NCBI GenBank assembly: GCA_964516165.1
Contig: CAZEYB010000002.1
Span: 1-37,259, forward strand
DNA length: 37,259 nucleotides
Direction: 5' to 3'
DNA from: an uncultured Bdellovibrionales bacterium
GTDB taxonomy: Bacteria; Patescibacteriota; Minisyncoccia; Moranbacterales; UBA2206
In this document: positions 1-7,097 of the stretch, one piece after another
Position numbering within the stretch: the stretch's first letter is position 1
Layout: every line of letters starts with the position of its first letter
Notes under the pieces: generated by a model
The model's database searches: none
Told to the model about the DNA's origin: nothing
Seen by the model: only the letters and a program-made list of their open reading frames with translations
Translations under genes and position numbers: made by a program

Positions 1-456
1 TTTTAATCCCTCAAAAAAACTTTTTTGACTATAAATATCTTTATACTTGACCTTTCTATCAAGGCTGAAGTCGCCAACCCTGGTAGTAAATGGCAAAATA
101 ACAGAAACTGCTCCAATTTCCTTTAAATACATAAACCAGCCTGTAAGAGCGTGCTGTTGCGGAGCAACGCCTGTCATAAAACTGGTAACAGCAGACGCAG
201 TTGTAGCTGGAAGGACTGAAGTTATTTCGCCTTTCAAATTTGCATAGAGAAAACTTCCTTTGCCATAATTTTTCAGATATTCATATCCCAATCCATCAAC
301 AATCAGAAGGACGATATTTTTATCGGAAATTTTTTCAACATTAAATTCCTTCAAAGGAGGATACAAGGATTTGCCACCAAAAGCCTTTTTGATGGAACTC
401 ATTAAATTAACGATACTCCCGTCCTTGTAATTTGGGAGATAAAATTTATTTTGCAT
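1..456 (-). CDS. alkaline-phosphatase superfamily protein (nucleotide pyrophosphatase/phosphodiesterase-like), N-terminal 152 codons; the rest lies beyond the window edge
   Basis: Absent from the ORF track because it runs off the edge. My minus-strand translation from ATG 456-454 gives MQNKFYLPNYKDGSIVNLMSSIKKAFGG..IVLLIVDGLGYEYL..SVLPATTASAVTSFMTGVAPQQHALTGW..FFEGLK. The DGLG metal-ligand motif and the P-x-T-T-x-x-x-x-T-S-x-x-TG nucleophile motif are typical of type I phosphodiesterase/NPP enzymes. The start is uncertain; M19 is also possible. Confidence 0.6.
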   Translation of the reverse strand, partial: MQNKFYLPNYKDGSIVNLMSSIKKAFGGKSLYPPLKEFNVEKISDKNIVLLIVDGLGYEYLKNYGKGSFLYANLKGEITSVLPATTASAVTSFMTGVAPQQHALTGWFMYLKEIGAVSVILPFTTRVGDFSLDRKVKYKDIYSQKSFFEGLK

Positions 457-524
457 AAAATTATACTAGCACAAAAATAAAGCATTGCAAAAATGCAGAA
501 AAACCACGCAAAGAAACAAACGAT

Positions 525-900
525 TTCAGGGAGCGGAGCGGCGGAGGCACAATTTTTCCAACACAAAGACACCCTAGTGGGTGCCTCTGATATATAAGTA
601 TCACAAATTTTTGCGATTAGTCCTGTAGCCCCATCGTACGACGGGATAATTTCCTTGCGGAAATTAAGTCTATCGCAAACTGTACAAAATCTGCTAGCAG
701 TATTCGCACTGCTTAAGCTAGATGTTTCTGCGGAATAAATTCCACAGTACGACCATCAGGCAACAACCATACTTTACAATGCCTGGTTTGACCCAGCGCA
801 TCTTAACGTAAAGTACTCTCGGTTATTGTCAAAATCTCCCTAGAAAGGAGGTAACTGTCAAAATTCTTTGAATACCCTAATCGTGAACCCACCCGGCAAT
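525..900 (-). ncRNA. candidate structured noncoding RNA of unknown class
   Basis: No ORF of 60 codons or more in any frame. Local hairpins lie at 544-550/581-587, 600-617, 629-645, 648-665, 728-747, 757-762/780-785, 783-796 and 836-850. Three of them (600-617, 629-645, 728-747) have a G.U pair on the minus-strand transcript that would be an A.C mismatch on the plus strand. Confidence 0.3.
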
Positions 901-997
901 TTCAAATATATCGCCTTATATTTTCAATTTTCTAGTAATCATTTCGGCAGCTTTGCCGACTTTTTCGGAATGAATAAGTAAAAATTTCCTGCTGTGT

Positions 998-1293
998 CTA
1001 TGTGCGGTGAATTTCCGCTGTCGTTTTTTCTCCAAGCATAGTCAAGATCAATTCGAAGTCATCCATATGGTCGCGCAAATTTTCGCGTTTCAAGCCTTTT
1101 GTTCCCAAAATGGGAACGGTTCGAATAGTGATTTATCCCGATCTTTCATTTTCGCCCAATAGGTTTTGGGTTGCGGACTGTCGGTGATCGCTTGAATTAC
1201 ATCCAAAATCGAAAACCACCATTCTTTTTGATAAATGATTTTTCGGATAGATTTGCCTTTGAATATGGCAATTTGATTGGTTGGATTTTGCAT
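998..1293 (-). pseudogene. decayed Bro-N/antirepressor-family gene: N-terminal Bro-N domain ORF (1090-1293) plus an out-of-frame C-terminal remnant (998-1093)
   Basis: The 67-aa ORF reads IAIFKGKSIRKIIYQKEWWFSILDVIQAITDS, which is the Bro-N pattern. Just after its stop, in another frame, I read LKRENLRDHMDDFELILTMLGEKTTAEIHRT*. That resembles the conserved C-terminal region (..ENLRD.M...EL.L.ML.E.TT.EI) of full-length Bro-N/DinD/RhuM-type proteins of roughly 250-300 aa. The central part is missing. Confidence 0.55.
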
Positions 1294-1387
1294 AAATAGC
1301 TAAATTTTAAGAGCGTCTGATTAACGCTCTTAAAATTATAGCATATTTTATGTGAAACGGGATAAAAATTTGATTATTCAATTCAAA

Positions 1388-1487
1388 CCCGTGCGCGCAC
1401 GGGCGAGTCTGGAACAAGCAAATTTTCCTTTTTAACTTCTATCGTTTTTTTGTTCCGCCGCTCGCCAAATCCGCTCCGGAAAATATG
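1388..1487. repeat. copy 1 of a ~100-nt local repeat family (partner at 9633-9732)
   Basis: The 87-nt core 1401-1487 aligns without gaps to 9646-9732 with 10 mismatches. It folds as an interrupted hairpin: GGCGAG-TCT-GGAACA, a ~34-nt AT-rich loop, then TGTTCC-GCCG-CTCGCC. Confidence 0.8.
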
Positions 1488-1494
1488 TGATTCA

Positions 1495-2025
1495 TTACTT
1501 AACAGCTTTTATAATTAATTCCATTTCTGGAATATAAGATCTGCTTATTGGCATTCTCAAATTTTCTTCCGAAAATCGCTTACCAGTATCTGCAAAGCCC
1601 AGCTTTTTATAAAAATTAATCGCTTTTGTGTTATATGTAGCAACTCGTACGATAATATCTTTCTTGTTTCCAATGACTTCCGCCACTCTATTCCAAAACA
1701 TTTTGCCAATTCCCCTTCTCTGATATTTTGGCAATACATATATGGCCTGCAGCTGATCGTAATATTCCTTTTTCACTATTTTGCATACGCCCACAACAAG
1801 CGCTCCGTCTTTAGCCACTAAAAAAAGTTTGTTTTCTGATTCATCAAAAATATCGTCCATTCTTTTTTGAATGGCTTGTTTAGAAAATCTGTTTTTAAAT
1901 TTCTCTTCAATATCTTCAGTTGTAACGCCAGCATTTTCATTTGGATATGTAGCAAGCCAAGTTTCATAGAAAACTTTTTGAATATTTCTTACATCCTTAA
2001 TGGCAGGTTTTTCTATACTAATCAT
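1495..2025 (-). CDS. GNAT family N-acetyltransferase
   Basis: 176-aa ORF carrying the acetyl-CoA binding motif A, QLQAIYVLPKYQRRGIGKMFW (Q/R-x-x-G-x-G/A). Confidence 0.85.
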   Translation of the reverse strand: MISIEKPAIKDVRNIQKVFYETWLATYPNENAGVTTEDIEEKFKNRFSKQAIQKRMDDIFDESENKLFLVAKDGALVVGVCKIVKKEYYDQLQAIYVLPKYQRRGIGKMFWNRVAEVIGNKKDIIVRVATYNTKAINFYKKLGFADTGKRFSEENLRMPISRSYIPEMELIIKAVK

Positions 2026-2080
2026 AAAGAGATTTTAAATATTCATTGGCCCATTAGTTTTCATAGCTTCATACTATCAT

Positions 2081-2123
2081 AAAAAAACAAAACAGTACTG
2101 ATTTTATATCTGTTTTGCTTTTT
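2081..2123 (-). terminator. intrinsic terminator downstream of the SAHH-like/Nudix gene
   Basis: On the minus strand the stem is CAAAACAG, a 14-nt loop, CTGTTTTG, followed by TTTTTTT. It lies 84 nt after the stop at 2207. Confidence 0.6.
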
Positions 2124-2206
2124 AGGATTTCCGTATTAATCAAACAAACAGGAGCATTCCTTGATAACCGCATCTTCTTCAATTATTCCCGTCTATAACG
2201 CATTCC

Positions 2207-3835
2207 TCACCACAACAATTCTTCTTTAAACTTTTCCAGCTCCTTAATCATTTCCGCTGTTTCCGGCGTAGTCTCATTTGGATCAAATTTTAATATTTCT
2301 TCAAGTTCGCACCACCTTAGATTTTCCTTTTCAGTTTGTCCGGTAAATTTTTCCGTAAGACAATAATCTATCATAGCAACATAAATAAAATCGCGATGAA
2401 AGTGAGCGGGCATTTCGCCCGGAGACAGTATTTTCTCCAATTTTTCATCAAAAATAACAGGAAATGACAGCCATTTTTTAAAATTCTTATCAAACCAATA
2501 AATAGGAACTATGCCAAGCTCTTCTTCCAATTCTCTCAAAACGGCGCTTTCAGGAGATTCAAATCTTTCTACATGTCCGCCTATAGGTATCCATTTTTTA
2601 ATTTTCGGATGATTCAAAAGCAAAATTGATATTTTTCCATCGGGATTTTTGCTTAATATTAAAGCGCTGGCGGCATCGTGCCGTTCGTTTCTTATTTTTT
2701 CTATTTGAAGTATTCTTTTATAATTATCCACCTCATAAAATTCAAAATATTTTCTCACAATTTCCTGTTGCAATCTTAATTCCAAATCATAAACCCTCGA
2801 TAATAAATTCGATTCCAACAGATAATCGGAAGCTATGAGAAGGCTGGACATAATAATATCAAAAATTTCCCCAAAAGAAGAATCATCGATAAAATTTATC
2901 GGAAATCCATTATAAGCGATATAAAAAAGGCCATTTTCTGATTTATAAGAATTTATATAATCATTTTTGCTGATAATATTTCCTTCCAATTCCTTAACTG
3001 GAAATTCTATTTGTTTTGATGAGGCGCTGACTAATAACGCATTATTTTTTAAATAAACAATATCGCTTAATTGCAACGATCTTTGTCCTGAAGCCCCAAT
3101 AATTATATCCGCCTGAGCAATAGCCGAAATTCTGTCGGTAATGCTAAAACCGTCTAATCTTGCCAGCATTATATTCACCGGATCACTGTCATAAACAAAA
3201 ACATTGGCCAGGGTGCTTTTAAGCATCCGGGCTGTTCCGCAACCAATTTCTCCATATCCCATAACTAGAACATTTTTTACTGTAATCAAATCTCTGTGAA
3301 AATAATCCCTTAAAAATTTTTCCAAGGAATAGCTAACCGACGAGCCTACAAACTTGTTTTCAATTTTTTTCAGGTTGGTCTGGGCAATACTAATCACGGG
3401 AAAATTAAGCCTTGATTCATTTTTTTTGAAATTCCAGTGTCCCTGGTTTGTATCTTCAATGGCGCCAACTATATTGTTAGGAATATCTTTTGCTAAACTG
3501 GAATATCCGCCTATTTCAACCATACAAATTTTTTTATCCGGGTTTTTATCGCAAATATCAGTTATGAGATCGGGTATTTCAGATACATCACCCGGACAAT
3601 AAACTTTGGCATATTTACTAATATTTTCTTTAACTTCCGGCATTTCCGAATAAGGAATGGATATTACGCCCACATTTTTGAAATTTTTTAACCAACTCTC
3701 GATATAAACTTCTATTGTTCCGGTAAGATGAATAACAAAAAGAAAATACACATCTCTTTTTTTTATCCGATTTGAATAATATTTGAAAACAAGATCTTTT
3801 GAATCTCCGCTGGTTTTTTTATTTAACTCAAGCAT
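2207..3835 (-). CDS. fusion protein: divergent S-adenosylhomocysteine-hydrolase-like domain (N-terminal ~370 aa) plus NUDIX hydrolase domain (C-terminal ~150 aa)
   Basis: The SAHH-type NAD domain VLVMGYGEIGCGTARMLKSTLANVFVYDSDPVNIMLARLDGF compares with canonical VVVAGYGDVGKGCAQAL..V.ITEIDPINALQAAMEGY. Upstream blocks follow the SAHH substrate-domain order: FLFVIHLTGTIEVYIES, MVEIGGYSS, AIEDTNQG and FPVISIAQTNLKKIENKF. The Nudix box is GGHVERFESPESAVLRELEEELGI (G-x5-E-x7-REUxEExGU). Confidence 0.7.
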   Translation of the reverse strand: MLELNKKTSGDSKDLVFKYYSNRIKKRDVYFLFVIHLTGTIEVYIESWLKNFKNVGVISIPYSEMPEVKENISKYAKVYCPGDVSEIPDLITDICDKNPDKKICMVEIGGYSSLAKDIPNNIVGAIEDTNQGHWNFKKNESRLNFPVISIAQTNLKKIENKFVGSSVSYSLEKFLRDYFHRDLITVKNVLVMGYGEIGCGTARMLKSTLANVFVYDSDPVNIMLARLDGFSITDRISAIAQADIIIGASGQRSLQLSDIVYLKNNALLVSASSKQIEFPVKELEGNIISKNDYINSYKSENGLFYIAYNGFPINFIDDSSFGEIFDIIMSSLLIASDYLLESNLLSRVYDLELRLQQEIVRKYFEFYEVDNYKRILQIEKIRNERHDAASALILSKNPDGKISILLLNHPKIKKWIPIGGHVERFESPESAVLRELEEELGIVPIYWFDKNFKKWLSFPVIFDEKLEKILSPGEMPAHFHRDFIYVAMIDYCLTEKFTGQTEKENLRWCELEEILKFDPNETTPETAEMIKELEKFKEELLW

Positions 3836-3887
3836 AAATAATTAATTTAAAAAATGCTTTGTTTTAATAACCTAATAAAAATTGAAG

Positions 3888-6743
3888 CTAAGGCTTCAAT
3901 TTTTCACTAATTATCGCTATTGAAAAAATTTCTTCCCCGAATTTAAACTCTTTTTTCAAATCCATTTCGGGCAATTCGCCCGCTTCCACGCTTCCGGCCA
4001 AAGTTTCCTTCGCGATCAAACATCCAAACTTGGTGAAAACATCATCCGCGCCGACATAACCAATTTTGATGTGATTATCAACTTCGTAACCCGCTTCTTT
4101 GCGCATTTCCTGGATATAACGGATAATCTCCCGCGCTTGTCCTTCCAATTTCAGTTCGGATGTGATTTCAGTGTTTAACTCGACTTTATTTTCTGATCCG
4201 CTTTTGAAGATAACATTTTTGACATTAACTTCTTCTTTCATAATTTCCATGAAATCTTCTTGCTTTTCATAATTTGTAATTATCAATTCGGAAAGCGGTT
4301 GCCTGACCCTAATCCCATTCTTCGCGCGCAATTGCAAAGCTTCCGTAATAATATTTCTCGTATCGTCCATTTTTTCATTTAGATCCTCGTTAATCAATTT
4401 CTCATCGGCCGCGGGAAAATCAGCCAGATGCACCGAATCGTCATTCGTCAAGTTCTTATAAATTTCTTCCGCGATAAATGGAGTAAACGGCGCCATAATC
4501 TTTGACAATTCAATTAAAACGCAATGTAAAGTCTGGTAAGCCGCCTTTTTGTCATCATCATCCTCCGACTTCCAAAACCTTTTGCGGCTGCGGCGAATGT
4601 ACCAATTGGAAAGGTTGTCCACGAATACGGGAAGAAGCCGGGCCGCTTTGTAAAGCTCATAGTTTTCCATGTGGGCGTTAAACTCTTTTATGAGTCCGTG
4701 AAGTTCCGAGACAATCCATTTGTCCAGAATATTTTTGAGAGTTTTCAGATCAAAATCCTTGGCTGGCGTGAATTTATCGATGTTCGCGTAAAGCGCGAAA
4801 AAAGAATAACTATTCCAAAGCATGCGGAACATGCCTTTGAAAATTGTTTCCAGATCCCTATCTGAAAAATTCAAATTATCACCCTCCATCAAAGTTGATT
4901 GCATCAAATAGAATCTGAACGCGTCAGCCCCATAGCGGTTAACCAAGATATTGGGATCGGTGAAATTCCCCAAAGACTTCGACATTTTCTTGCCGTCATT
5001 TCCAGCGATAGTTCCGGTAGCGATAACATTTAAAAAGCTTGGTTTTTCAAAAAGTCCCACCGATAAAACATGCAACGTATAAAACCAGCCTCTGGTTTGA
5101 GCGGTATACTCGGATATAAATTGAGCCGGAAATCTCTTCTCGAATAATTCTTTATTTTCAAAAGGATAGTGCAACTCGGCAAAGGGCATGGAACCTGATT
5201 CCACCCAGCAGTCAAAAACATCCGGGATTCTTTTAGAATTTCCCCCGCACTTATCGCATTTGAAAACAATTTCGTCTATAAAAGGCCTGTGGTAATCATC
5301 AAGTTTCTTTCCCGCCAGCCCTTCCAGTTCTTCATACGAACCGACGACTTTTATTTCTCCGCACGCTTCGCACACCCAGATAGGAATCGGCGTCCCCCAA
5401 TATCGGGAACGCGAGACATTCCAATCGGGGGCGGTCTCCAAACCATTTTTAAATCGGCCTTCCTTAAGATGCCCGGGATGCCAATTTATCTTTTCATTCT
5501 GTTCAAGCAGTTTCTTTTTTAATTGGGAAACTTTAATAAACCAGGCGGGCTGAACTTTGTAGATTAATTTCGCGTCACAGCGATAACAATGCGGATAAGA
5601 GTGGATTATATTTTCTTTTTTAAACAAGCATCCGCTGTCCCGCAGAAATCCGACAATTTTAAAATTAGCCTCCCAAACGTTCACGCCCTTCCATTCTCCT
5701 TCCGTGAATTTTCCTTCTTCATCAACATTTTCTATCATAGGCAAATTACTTTCTTTTCCCGCCCGGAAATCGTCTTCGCCGAAAGCCGGCGCCATATGGA
5801 CGATCCCGGTTCCATCCTCGGCGGTCACAAAATCGCCATTAATCACTCTGTAACCATTTTTAATTTCACGCGGGAAGATTGGCTCATATTCAAGACCGGC
5901 TAATTCCTCTCCCTTCGCCTCTTCCTCAATTTCATATTCATCTTTAATGACTTCCAGCCGCTCTTTGGCAATAAAATATTTATCCTTTCCGATTTTCACT
6001 TTGGCATAAATCATTTTCTCGCCCACAGCCAAAGCGACATTGGCCAGCAATGTCCACGGCGTAGTGGTCCAAACAAGAAAATAGGTATTTTCCTTACCCT
6101 TTAATTTCATCTTTACATACACCGAAACATCCTTATCATCCTTAAAAGAGTTATCCATCGCGATTTCAAAATTGGAAAGCGGCGTGGAGCAACGCGGACA
6201 ATAAAGAGAAATTCTGGAATCTTTATAGGCCAATCCTTTTTTGTAAAGTTCCTTAAAGCCCCACCAGACAGACTCCATATAAGTAGAATCCATCGTTTTA
6301 TAGGAATTATCAAAATCCACCCAGCGGCCGATTCTTTTCACCGTTTTTCTCCACTCGTCGGCGAATTTAAGAACCATATTTCTGGCTTCCATGTTGAATT
6401 TCCCGATATTTTCCTCAATTTCTTTTTTGCTGTCATATCCCAGCTTTTGTTCCACCTTATTTTCGATTGGCAAACCATGCGTGTCCCAGCCCCAACGGCG
6501 AGGAACATTATATCCCTTCATGGTCCAATATCTTGGGACAACGTCTTTTGATATAGATGCCAGCAAATGGCCATGATGAGGCAATCCGGTCGCGAACGGC
6601 GGACCGTCGTAAAAAACATAAAGGGGCGCCTCTTCCCTGTTCTTCAAAGACTTTTCAAAAATTTTATTTTCTTCCCAAAATTTAAGAATTTCCTCTTCCA
6701 TTTGAGGGAAATTTCTGTTAAAATCGACTTTCTTGAATTTCAT
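3888..6743 (-). CDS. ileS: isoleucine--tRNA ligase, type 2 (eukaryote/archaea-like form)
   Basis: Motifs: FYDGPPFATGLPHHGHLL (HIGH region of type-2 IleRS), KMSKS (GKKMSKSLGN), and CP1 editing and zinc-type Cys motifs. I place the start at MKFKKVDF (ATG 6743). The 29 upstream codons in the ORF track overlap the T-box leader. Confidence 0.95.
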   Translation of the reverse strand: MKFKKVDFNRNFPQMEEEILKFWEENKIFEKSLKNREEAPLYVFYDGPPFATGLPHHGHLLASISKDVVPRYWTMKGYNVPRRWGWDTHGLPIENKVEQKLGYDSKKEIEENIGKFNMEARNMVLKFADEWRKTVKRIGRWVDFDNSYKTMDSTYMESVWWGFKELYKKGLAYKDSRISLYCPRCSTPLSNFEIAMDNSFKDDKDVSVYVKMKLKGKENTYFLVWTTTPWTLLANVALAVGEKMIYAKVKIGKDKYFIAKERLEVIKDEYEIEEEAKGEELAGLEYEPIFPREIKNGYRVINGDFVTAEDGTGIVHMAPAFGEDDFRAGKESNLPMIENVDEEGKFTEGEWKGVNVWEANFKIVGFLRDSGCLFKKENIIHSYPHCYRCDAKLIYKVQPAWFIKVSQLKKKLLEQNEKINWHPGHLKEGRFKNGLETAPDWNVSRSRYWGTPIPIWVCEACGEIKVVGSYEELEGLAGKKLDDYHRPFIDEIVFKCDKCGGNSKRIPDVFDCWVESGSMPFAELHYPFENKELFEKRFPAQFISEYTAQTRGWFYTLHVLSVGLFEKPSFLNVIATGTIAGNDGKKMSKSLGNFTDPNILVNRYGADAFRFYLMQSTLMEGDNLNFSDRDLETIFKGMFRMLWNSYSFFALYANIDKFTPAKDFDLKTLKNILDKWIVSELHGLIKEFNAHMENYELYKAARLLPVFVDNLSNWYIRRSRKRFWKSEDDDDKKAAYQTLHCVLIELSKIMAPFTPFIAEEIYKNLTNDDSVHLADFPAADEKLINEDLNEKMDDTRNIITEALQLRAKNGIRVRQPLSELIITNYEKQEDFMEIMKEEVNVKNVIFKSGSENKVELNTEITSELKLEGQAREIIRYIQEMRKEAGYEVDNHIKIGYVGADDVFTKFGCLIAKETLAGSVEAGELPEMDLKKEFKFGEEIFSIAIISEKLKP

Positions 6744-6745
6744 AA

Positions 6746-6900
6746 TTTGAACTATTAAACATAAAAAAACGCCTCTTCGGCATAAGGACGTCTTAAGACG
6801 TGGTACCACCTTAATTCTCCAGCCAGCCAAAACCGACAGGACTCTAAGGGCTATAACGGGCTCACCCGGCAGGTTCTATTTTGTTTCAGAAATTTCAACA
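6746..6900 (-). promoter_or_regulatory. T-box leader (tRNA-sensing riboswitch) upstream of ileS
   Basis: The minus-strand RNA contains AAUUAAGGUGGUACCACG (plus-strand positions ~6799-6816). This matches the T-box consensus AANNNGGGUGGNACCGCG at 16 of 18 positions. UGGU would pair with an ACCA tRNA 3' end having an A73 discriminator. It is followed by hairpins and GGCGUUUUUUU just before the ATG. Confidence 0.7.
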
Positions 6901-7097
6901 GAATAAAAACAGATGAAATACTGATACATTTCTTCCCGCGGCTTGGGATTGATAATCCCTCCAATGCTTTTAATGTTTTGCTGTTTCAATGTTAACATAA
7001 GTTATTTGATTAATCAAACGTTCCGGTATGATCGTTTGGACTTTAGGAGAGAAAGGGCTTAAGATAAGAATAGCTAGAATTTAATTTTTATATTTTT

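Noticed and set aside
47-247. A 66-aa plus-strand ORF lies at the left edge of the window.
   Set aside because: It lies antisense to the phosphodiesterase-like CDS (1-456, minus), which has clear family motifs.
525-900. I tested whether the structured noncoding segment is RNase P RNA, tmRNA or a group I intron.
   Set aside because: - **RNase P:** neither strand has the universal GGAAAGUCC (P4) element. One CGCAGAAACAUCUAGCUUA stretch resembles the 3' P4 strand but sits mid-sequence.
- **tmRNA:** the plus strand has AUCGCAAAC followed by a short frame (ANCTKSASSIRTA*), reminiscent of a tag. There is no tRNA-like acceptor/T-arm pairing at the ends, and the helices favour the minus strand.
- **Group I intron:** Q-like (UUCCGCAG) and R-like (CAGGACUAAU) strings exist, but no complementary P7 3' strand.

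It remains unclassified.
1388-1487. I considered the repeat-family hairpin as an integron attC site or a group II intron 5' end (GTGCG at 1391).
   Set aside because: The stem ends (GGAACA/TGTTCC) do not fit the RYYYAAC/GTTRRRY attC core. No integrase or cassette array is present. After GTGCG nothing resembles group II domain architecture, and no domain V or reverse transcriptase occurs in the window.
6744-6830. The ORF track gives ileS a 29-codon N-terminal extension (MAGWRIKVVPRLKTSLCRRGVFLCLIVQI).
   Set aside because: The extension is the T-box core and terminator region read as protein. Conserved IleRS sequence begins at MKFKKVDF (ATG 6743).
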